Positions 1-6,928 of a stretch of 6,928 bases of DNA are shown here, in pieces. Within the stretch, counting starts at the first letter, position 1. Every line of letters begins with the position of its first letter. Below the pieces are notes generated by a model that saw nothing but the letters and a program-made list of their open reading frames with translations, was not told where the DNA came from and searched no databases. A program made the position numbers and the translations under genes. Source of the stretch: Octopus sinensis (taxonomy: Eukaryota); NCBI RefSeq assembly GCF_006345805.1, contig NW_021828952.1, forward strand, positions 1 to 6,928. The letters run 5' to 3'.

Positions 1-212
1 ACCAATAAATCTTTGAATATTTTGGAGTTGCGAAAAACCGGATACCAATGATATATTGCTTCAACTAAACCTTAACCACTAATCTGTTGTGACTTAACCA
101 CTTATGGTTGCGATTATTTTTTTTGTTTTTGTTTTTAGTTTTCTCTCTAGCCAAAACGCCGTGTACTTCACTGTCGATTTGCCTTGACCTATTTCACTGA
201 TCCTGTCGGCGC

Positions 213-247
213 TATATATATATATATACACACCCCGCACGCACGCG

Positions 248-289
<42 letters not shown>

Positions 290-358
290 TACACACACAC
301 ACACAAATACATACACACACGCACGCACACAAATACACACACACACACACACACACAC
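213..358. repeat. Compound microsatellite (TA)n followed by interrupted (CA)n
   Basis: TA run 213-228, then CA/CGCA units with occasional AAAT interruptions to 358. Explains the His/Thr and Val/Cys ORFs 94..354 and 184..378. Confidence 0.97.
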
Positions 359-362
359 GAAT

Positions 363-479
363 TTGTTCAGTCCATTGAATCGTCGTTGCGGTGGTGTGAT
401 GGTCTACATTCGGTCAAACATTTCACTAGTTCCTTGTGAGGATTTAAACCAATCACAAGAAGTATTCTTTTGTGAATTT
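363..479 (+). mobile_element. Possible short remnant of a non-LTR retrotransposon (LINE) APE/EEP endonuclease
   Basis: In-frame translation [34 protein letters not shown] (378-479) resembles the R-x-x-GGGV-x-x-Y-(I/V)-R ... DL ... E-x-x-W/F-x-E segment of CR1/L2/Jockey-type endonucleases (pattern recognition only). No other endonuclease motifs are present, and the last few codons may overlap the adjacent SINE. Confidence 0.4.
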
Positions 480-596
480 TCGTCTACCAAATCCACTCAC
501 AAGGCTATAGGAAAATACACTCTTCCAAGGTGCCAGGCAGGTTAGACCCAGAACCATGTGGCTGGGAAGCGAGCTTCTTACCACACAGCCACGCCT
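478..596 (-). mobile_element. tRNA-derived SINE, 3'-truncated and degenerate (family 1)
   Basis: Minus strand reads AGGCGTGGCTGTGTGGTAAGAAGCTCGCTTCCCAGCCACATGGTTCTGGGTCTAACC...GGCACCTTGGAAGAGTG...GCCTTGTGAGTGGATTTGGTAGACG: A-box-like TGGCTGTGTGG, decayed B-box region, then a body I recall as a common octopus SINE. Confidence 0.8.
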
Positions 597-642
597 TTCT
601 TTTCTCTCTCTGCATGTATGTATGTATATCTGTACATATATG
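597..642. repeat. Short low-complexity (CT)n/(TATG)n tract
   Basis: tttctttctctctctgcatgtatgtatgtatatctgtacatatatg. Confidence 0.8.
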
Positions 643-974
643 TAGAAAAATACAAACTGGGACAAGAACGTAAAACATTTAAGACGATACAAAAAACACG
701 GACGGGACATTCGAAGCCTTCAATCTTCAGTCAAGAACCGGATCATCCTCGCAATTTCGGCTGATTAATCTTGAGATCGCCTCCGATCCAGCCAGCCCCA
801 AGGAAAAACTAAGCTATACGAGCATTAATTTTCTTGGAAAAAGGATCGAATGTATACGAAACAAGGACAGAAAAAACGGACGATGCCACACGAATTAAAA
901 TACAAAAAACAATAATAGTAATAACAGGGACAAAAACAGCGGGTGTCTTACGACTATAGACAGTACAACTTAGC
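643..974. repeat. Probable interspersed-repeat fragment of unassigned family (possibly a Penelope-like terminal repeat)
   Basis: A-rich on the plus strand, CpG-containing, bounded on both sides by microsatellites, and carrying CTGAAGA and CGAAA motifs on the minus strand. The family assignment is inference only. Confidence 0.3.
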
Positions 975-1020
975 TATATATATATGTATATACATACTAT
1001 ATATATATGTTATATACATA

Positions 1021-1091
<71 letters not shown>

Positions 1092-1099
1092 TATATATA
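975..1099. repeat. (TA)n microsatellite, imperfect
   Basis: About 125 bp of TA units with a few TTA/TG/CA interruptions. Confidence 0.98.
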
Positions 1100-1430
1100 A
1101 AGGGTAAAGACCCCTTCGGTCATGAATGACCATGGGATTGCACCTAGAAAGTTACCCTCCTAGACACAAGTCGGGCAAGTTGTTTATGGAAGACCAGCAG
1201 TCGCCCATGCATACCAGCCTCCCCTCTCCACGCCACCAATGTTTTCCAAGGGAAAGACAAAGGTCGATACAGCTTGGCACCAGTGACGTCGCAACTCATT
1301 TCTACAGCTGAGTGAACTGGAGCGAAGTGAAATAAAGTGCCTTGCTCAAGAACACAACACGCAGCCCGGTCCGGGATTCGAGCTCACACCTCACGATCGT
1401 AAGAAGCTCGACGCTCTAACCACTGAGCCA
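1100..1430 (-). mobile_element. tRNA-derived SINE, near full length (family 2)
   Basis: Minus strand begins TGGCTCAGTGGTTAGAGCG (consensus A box, plus 1420-1430), has B box GCTCGAATCC (plus 1374-1383, one change from GTTCGAATCC), then a TGTGTTCTTGAGCAAGGCACTTT central motif of the type seen in CORE/Meta-like SINE domains, and ends ...GACCGAAGGGGTCTTTACCCT. Confidence 0.9.
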
Positions 1431-1479
1431 TATATATATATATAATATAATATATTATATATTATATATATATATATAT

Positions 1480-1553
<74 letters not shown>

Positions 1554-1627
1554 TATATATATATATATTATATATATACGCATGTAGTGCGCGTGCGTGT
1601 ATATGTGTGTGCTTGCATGTGTGTACA
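1431..1627. repeat. (TA)n microsatellite with a degenerate (GC/GT)n tail
   Basis: TA array 1431-1578, then cgcatgtagtgcgcgtgcgtgtatatgtgtgtg... Confidence 0.97.
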
Positions 1628-2040
1628 TTTTAAAATGTGAGTATTTTTTAATATTGGTAAAATTTTGAACATGCTTTGGGAAGTAGTGGTCAGATAAGAA
1701 GATTAATAGAGTATTTTTCTACGCGAAGAGGTAAAAAAAAGATGTATCTTACACTTTCCTAGTCTTTTTACACCATTACATAAGAAAAATGCCCCAATTT
1801 TCTGTACACAGAAGATATGTTTTACCTATTTACACAAACATTAAATAAAATTGGTCATTCATATGTGCATATTTTTTTCAACTATCACTCATCTTAATAT
1901 TCTGTTCCATACAACACTTTCGGCGCACTGTCCTATGCACAGTCCGTATCCTCCAATATGACTCCAACAATTAACCCTTTCATATCTTCCCCCAACACAT
2001 ACTTGCTCTTCAAATGCGCCTATAACCTACACGACCATCG

Positions 2041-2411
2041 TCCATAGCTCTTTCACTACTCACATCCAACTTAGATCTTTCCTTTGCCCCGGCCTCTATT
2101 ATTGCACCTGTCCTTCTGCAACCCTCTTGTTCCAGAGCTTAGCAATCACTTATTCTATATATCCGACTCATTCACTTGAACTTCTAAGAATCTTATGTAC
2201 TACATACAACGCTCTCTCTGCAACTCCGTCTTTATTTGGGAAGTCAAGATGATGTTTGTCCAACCTCTTTATTGAAAAACTTAGGGATATCCTTCTTGCT
2301 TGGTAACGACTTCCAACATTGCACGCCATTTCTGCTTTGCGGATCACTATACTCGAAATAAAATAACGGAAAATAAATTTTTGATTTACTACAATTATCA
2401 CAACCTCTAGA
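2041..2411. repeat. Tandem duplication, copy A (~372-bp unit)
   Basis: Colinear with 2413-3030 once the SINE is removed. Shared blocks include ctcacatccaactt, ctcattcacttgaactt, caagatgatg, ggatatccttcttgcttggta, atttctgctttgc and tactacaattatcac...ctctaga. About 26 substitutions in ~185 bp of the core. Confidence 0.95.
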
Positions 2412-2412
2412 C

Positions 2413-3030
2413 TCTATTGCTCATTCCCTACTCACATCCAACTTGGATCCTTTCTTTGCCTCTGCCTCTATTTATTTCTTTACTGCCCACAAGGGACTAA
2501 ACACAGAGGGGACAAACAAGGACAGACAAACGGATTAAGTCGATTTCATCGACCCCAGTGCGTAACTGGTACTTAATATATCGACCCCGAAAGGATGAAA
2601 GGCAAAGTCGACCTCGGCGGAATTTGAACCTAGAACGTAACGGCAGACGAAATACGGCTACGCATTTCGCCCGGCGTGTTAACGTTTCTGCCAGCTCGCC
2701 GCCTCTATTATTACACCCATCCCTCTGCCACACTTTACTCCTTCCCGAGCCTAGCCATCACTGAATCTTTATAACCGGCTCATTCACTTGAACTTTTAAC
2801 AATGTTATATACTACATGCAACACTCTCTCTGCAACTGCCCCTATATTTGAAAAGACAAGATGATGCTTGTCTAACCTCTATACTGAGAGACTTCGGATA
2901 TCCTTCTTGCTTGGTAGTGACTCCAACCAACATTGCACACAATTTCTGCTTTGCCGATCACTATAACCCACGTCACATAGAATAACAGAAAATAAATTTT
3001 AGACTTACTACAATTATCACCAGCTCTAGA
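2413..3030. repeat. Tandem duplication, copy B, interrupted by a SINE
   Basis: Starts tctattgctc (cf. tccatagctc at 2041) and ends ctctaga at 3030 (cf. 2411); the extra length is accounted for by the SINE plus target duplication. Confidence 0.95.
2473..2703 (-). mobile_element. tRNA-derived SINE, full length with target-site duplication (family 3)
   Basis: Minus strand GGCGGCGAGCTGGCAGAAACGTT (A-box region, plus 2683-2693), B box GGTTCAAATTCC (plus 2619-2630), body GAGGTCGACTTTGCCTTTCATCCTTTCGGGGTCGAT..., A-rich end GTAAAGAAATA. Flanked by gcctctatt at 2464-2472 and 2701-2709. Confidence 0.95.
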
Positions 3031-3290
3031 GGATGTATCACAATTACTTAGTGGCAATTAAGGCAAGCTCTACTTGAGAAGGAGAAATAATCTCAAGCCT
3101 CAAGACCACTCCAAAGTGACATGCCATCGAGGAAAATGGTTAGCTTATTCTCTGGAGACATTGTTTTAACGAATGTTACAGGCTTCAACGGCTGTCCTCA
3201 GCATATGAACTGCTCGATCCTCTCTCCAGCAGACTCATGCGCAAAAGAATAGGTTACGAAGTAGGAGCGTTACGCAGTGATAAGTATAAA

Positions 3291-3434
3291 TGCCATATTA
3301 CTACCAGTTCAAATATGCCTGTGGCACGTTTGGACTAATAGTCAAGCCATTCACTCCATGACAAAAGACAGAGAATGGCCTGTTTATTAGTCCAAACATG
3401 CCACAAACATATTTGAACTGGTAGTAAAATAGCA
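3291..3434. repeat. Inverted repeat: 62-bp arms, 20-bp spacer (foldback/MITE-like)
   Basis: Arm 3291-3352 versus the reverse complement of 3373-3434: 54/62 identical, no gaps. Confidence 0.95.
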
Positions 3435-3886
3435 AAAGAATAGGTGCCCTTTAATTAAATCTATATGTTTGTAGTTCTAATTCGATTATTTTTTAGCTTA
3501 TTATTTTCCGGTTTATGTATTTTCTATGTGTTTTCGACTGCGTTCGATAATTTCTGCTCAATATGTTTAATTCGTTTGTTCGTTTTAATGCTTTATGGGT
3601 TTTAACCTCTATTGATCTTAGATGAACGTAACGAGTTATGTTTGAGGTATTTGATATTTCTATTTGTATTTTCTAGCAATAAGTAGATGTTGATATAGCG
3701 GGCATAATGCACACCGTGTAGTCTGTGGTACTGATCTCCTTATTTCCAGGCAGTCCTTATGTTTTTTAACGCGTTGATGCCACTGGAGTGAAGGACACTA
3801 CCGAGATGTCGAGAACATAATGACACGTCGGCAGCTGACGATAGGATGTATACGGAAGACTTGATCGTTGACTGGATGTTTTGTGT

Positions 3887-4110
3887 CACACATACACACA
3901 CACACACACACATACACACACACACACACATACACACACATATGTATGTATGTATGAATGTATGTATGTATGTATGTATGTATGTATGTATGTACACACA
4001 CATACATAAATACAAATAAATGAATGAATATGCAAAAATGCATATAAGTATATATATATACATATATATATAATATATATATATATATATAGATATATAT
4101 AAATACATAT
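3887..4110. repeat. Compound microsatellite (CA)n-(TATG)n-(TA)n
   Basis: CA 3887-3940, TATG 3941-3993, degenerate linker, TA to ~4110. Explains most of ORFs 3740..4108 and 3798..4121. Confidence 0.97.
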
Positions 4111-4246
4111 AAGTTTAACAATTAAGGATAATCTCTAATAAGGGATCTTAACAAGAATTATCGGGTAGTTAGTCGTGAAAAACCTCATAAAAGAAAAGAA
4201 TTCGAAAAATTTTTTTCCTTTTGAACAAATTAATTATATCTATTTG

Positions 4247-4415
4247 TATAGAGGGCATATTACACATAAATGCCTCACACTAAGAGGGACAAAGTCATTA
4301 CTACCAAAATTACACTAATCATACCTAAATGCATTTAGGTATGATTAGTGTAATTTTGGTAGTAATGATTTGTCCCTCTTAGTGTGAGGCATTTATGTGT
4401 AATAATGCCTCTATA
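4247..4415. repeat. Near-perfect palindrome with no spacer (85/84-bp arms)
   Basis: Centre TG|CA at 4331/4332. 4295-4331 pairs perfectly with 4332-4368, G4294 is unpaired, 4258-4293 pairs perfectly with 4369-4404, and the outer tatagagggca / atgcctctata pair with two small offsets. Confidence 0.98.
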
Positions 4416-4425
4416 ACAATAAATA

Positions 4426-4427
<2 letters not shown>

Positions 4428-4463
<36 letters not shown>

Positions 4464-4567
4464 CATACAAACATATATACATACAAACGTATACATACAT
4501 AAATATAGATATACACACACAAACGCACACACACACACACACCCCACACACACAACACACACATACC
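4428..4567. repeat. Compound microsatellite (TA)n-(TACA)n-(CA)n
   Basis: Direct reading of the units. Confidence 0.95.
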
Positions 4568-4687
4568 ATAGATTACAAACGAATGGCTTGTGATATTTGT
4601 TTCACTGGAAATTAATTTAATGCATTCGCAAACAGATGACATTATATTCCATAAATTTCTGTCCTTCGGGCATTACATAAACTTTAC

Positions 4688-4712
4688 AGAGAGAGAGAGG
4701 GAGGAGAGAGCT

Positions 4713-4761
<49 letters not shown>

Positions 4762-4764
4762 AAG
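4688..4764. repeat. (GA)n microsatellite
   Basis: Polypurine AG run with few interruptions; source of the ERERER/LSLSLS ORF segments. Confidence 0.97.
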
Positions 4765-5012
4765 TGTGTTTAATCAAATACCACGTCACAAATATGACAA
4801 ATTTCCGGATTAGCAATGTAGGACGTCCCTTAATAGCTGAAGACAGACACCAGTCAATTTTTAATTTGACTAACAGATTAAGACAAGACGAAATCAGAGA
4901 ACGTAGACTTAAATTTGAGTGATGCAATTAACAAATCAGATGTTCGAGAGCCTCTTCGTGTCGCTTCTTATCAAGGACTGCAGTCATTACTGTTTTCCCT
5001 TGTAACAGACCT

Positions 5013-5386
5013 TTAACTCTTAAATGGCGTACATCGTCACTTGATGTTCCGAAAATTTTACGTCGATACGGTCATCATCAACGGAAAGTGAACATTTTAC
5101 GGCACTTTTCCGGATTTTAAATTTTATTGTGCGTGAGACTCACGATTATGTTTGTTTTTTGCGCTTATTCAAAGTGAGAATAAGTATAAATATATATATA
5201 TAAATATATATATGACGGTCGCCTTTCACACGATTAGATGGTGTGTTAACCTCATGAAGGGATGATTTCATCCAAAGAAATACTGCTTCAGTACGTATAG
5301 GTATATATATAAAAAGATATTTAAAAAAAATTTTACCCGTTTGGCACATACATTCATGCAACAGTTTCTAGCAGTTTAAGGGTTAA
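5013..5386. mobile_element. Possible non-autonomous piggyBac-like element (MITE)
   Basis: TTAA (5013-5016) + CTCTTAAATGGC ... GCAGTTTAAGGG + TTAA (5383-5386). Ends match 9/12 as an inverted repeat (CTCTTAAATGGC vs CCCTTAAACTGC). A TTAA target and CCC/CCY termini are established piggyBac traits. No transposase inside. Confidence 0.45.
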
Positions 5387-6807
5387 TTCAAATATTAGAT
5401 ATCAAATTTTTAAGTATCAAACGTAGGCTCAATGGCGCAGAAGATACAGATGCTTCAATAATTAACATTAGCGTGGTCCGGATACGGATGATTCTGTTCA
5501 GCAAATGAAAATGAAAAAGAAAAATAGGTTTCAATTATTCGACTGCAGCGACGAAGACTAATGTTGAACTTCTGTGAGTTGTGTTGCGTATTGCTGTAAT
5601 ATTTGTTTTCCAACTTTTCCTCCGAATGAAAAGAAATTGTAGCTAATTCAAAAAATAGCTCTCCCTAAACTCTATTTTTATTGCCTGATTCCTTAAATGA
5701 TATTTTCAAAATTAACTTTCGGACATATTTTTTAAGTAGGAAAAACACCTAAATGTTGTTCTTTTAACCTTTTCATCAAACAGTTTCTCTGAGAGTTCTT
5801 TTGCGTTTTCCCTGCTAACTTATGACCGAACCTTTTCCATGTTTCGTTCATGATATTAAAGTCTAAATGTACAAATGAACACACAGCTCGTGAAAATGTA
5901 ATTTTGTTTTTCAGTCTTCATTTTCGTTACTCTTTTTATTTTCCCATTTTAATTGACAGTCTTACCACTGTCGCTGCTGTCACAATTGTATTCCAGTCAT
6001 TTTAACATGTGTTTACATGGGGATTAACCTTTTTTAAAAATCTTGTATTGCCATTGTTCAAGTCAGCGCTGTTGTCGGTGTTAGAAATATTAATGTTATT
6101 TGAACAAATGTTCCTAATGCATAAAAGATTTGCATTTTCTTCGCCCCACTCCTCCAAAATAAGAAATTGGCTACCACTTTTTCAGTAATCATCTCTCACG
6201 GCACCATTGTAGACACAATGAAAAAAAGTTTCTGACATCAATGCAGAGACAAATTGTAAAGAACAAACAAACTTCTTTTAAATGGCTAAGATGCATAAAC
6301 ATTAAGATCTCCTCCTCCTTTTACTTCATTTAACAATAATATAATAACCGCAGCAAATATAACTTATGTTTCATGAAATAGTAAATATTTTAGCTTGTGA
6401 ACGGAATTTTTTCTTACAGACTGTTTTCTGCTGTACAATTCAGCTATATCCATGGAAGAAAGTAAAATCCATACAGTGTCATATGAACTTTACGTTATTT
6501 GGTTCTCTGACTTTCCATCATTCCAAACTCAATAACATATATATATGTGTTTATGTATTTATTAAATCAATGGCTTTTAAACTGTTAATCGCCATAATCT
6601 TTAGATCATAAAAAATACACTGGCGTACTTTGTGTATGACGTAAGAATTTAATATAAAATAGTATGTATCTTATTCAAATTACAAAAAAAACAAAAAAGA
6701 GAAAAGGAATGGTATTTATTTAATTATCTAATAAATGAAGCATATTCATCAAAACTTCATTTAGAATTTCAATTTCTATTTCTCGCAATTTTAAATATAA
6801 TTTCACT

Positions 6808-6878
6808 ATTTTCCACGGCCCACCTAGCAAAATTTCGTAGCAGTCTTCAGTACGCGGCGTACTACTTAGGAATCACTG
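6808..6878 (-). mobile_element. Possible single terminus of a hAT (Charlie-like) DNA transposon/MITE
   Basis: Reading leftwards from 6878: CAGTGATTCCTAAGTAGTACGCCGCGTACTG...GGTGGGCCGTGGAAAAT, resembling Charlie-type CAGTG(A/G/T)TTC(C/T)CAA termini with GC-rich subterminal motifs. The flank reads GTCTAATA on the minus strand, close to the NTCTAGAN preference. The other end was not found. Confidence 0.4.
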
Positions 6879-6893
6879 TATTAGACAATAAGA

Positions 6894-6928
6894 GGCGGTG
6901 AGCTAGTAGAATGGTTAGCACGCCAGGC
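6894..6928 (+). mobile_element. 5' head of a family-3 SINE, cut by the window edge
   Basis: GGCGGTGAGCTAGTAGAATGGTTAGCACGCCAGGC matches the head of the 2473-2703 SINE at 28/35 positions, in the opposite orientation. Confidence 0.85.

Noticed and set aside
71-102. 10-bp direct repeat CTTAACCACT (71-80, 93-102)
   Set aside because: Only two short copies; too weak to interpret, and not a CRISPR array.
94-378. ORFs 94..354(-) and 184..378(+)
   Set aside because: Translations of the (TA)/(CA) microsatellite; no coding signal.
453-764. ORFs 453..710(-) and 558..764(+)
   Set aside because: Run across SINE, microsatellite and repeat boundaries; no recognisable domain.
1126-1430. ORF 1126..1311 and a tRNA-like A/B-box head as a tRNA gene
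   Set aside because: The ORF is antisense SINE sequence. The head has no complete cloverleaf and continues into a SINE body; the same applies to the other SINE heads.
1890-2040. Possible third, older copy of the 372-bp unit (catacaac, gactccaac, tataacc words)
   Set aside because: Spacing of the shared words is not colinear with copies A and B.
2168-3057. Similar peptides in ORFs 2168..2401(-) and 2872..3057(-); ORFs 2497..2733 and 2558..2764
   Set aside because: The similarity follows from the DNA duplication, and a 1-nt indel and stop break the shared frame. The other two ORFs are SINE sequence.
3731-3800. Splice-acceptor-like ctgatctccttatttccAG at 3748-3749
   Set aside because: All three downstream frames stop within about 14 codons; no donor or expression evidence.
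3740-4121. ORFs 3740..4108(-) and 3798..4121(-)
   Set aside because: Mostly microsatellite translation; the unique tails match nothing I recognise.
4379-4927. ORFs 4379..4642(-), 4590..4922(+) and 4673..4927(-)
   Set aside because: Held open by (TA)/(CA)/(GA) repeats. The tail MTNFRISNVGRPLIAEDRHQ... has no recognisable homology or credible splice sites.
5146-6611. ORFs 5146..5361(-) and 6366..6611(+), and the short acidic frame GPDTDDSVQQMKMKKKNRFQLFDCSDED near 5475-5560
   Set aside because: Short, compositionally biased, no domain; cannot be supported as exons or as a transposase.
6824-6850. Second hammerhead-like string on the minus strand, CTGAAGA-CTGCTAC-GAAA
   Set aside because: Helix II cannot close (C opposite C), no helix I/III partners were found, and it lies in the hAT-like end.
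6821-6870. Helitron 3' end (GC hairpin plus CTAG)
   Set aside because: The CTAG is about 21 nt from the hairpin and not followed by T; the hAT-type terminus explains the region better.

Overview
AT-rich, repeat-dense eukaryotic non-coding DNA (intronic or intergenic) with no supportable intact protein-coding gene, true tRNA, rRNA or CRISPR array. The abundant (TA)n/(CA)n/(TATG)n/(GA)n microsatellites and the SINE sequences resemble octopus/coleoid cephalopod DNA; this is recognition from memory, not a search. Contents: four tRNA-derived SINE copies from three families, a head-to-tail ~372-bp tandem duplication with a full-length SINE in one copy and the empty site preserved in the other, a possible LINE endonuclease remnant, and possible piggyBac-like and hAT-like termini. 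The most unusual structures are a 169-bp spacerless palindrome (4247-4415), a 62-bp-arm hairpin inside a 14-bp direct repeat (3241-3445), and hammerhead-ribozyme core motifs with matching stems but non-canonical strand order on the minus strand (715-780). None is demonstrated to be a new biological system; the hammerhead-like case is speculative. All counts were made by eye.
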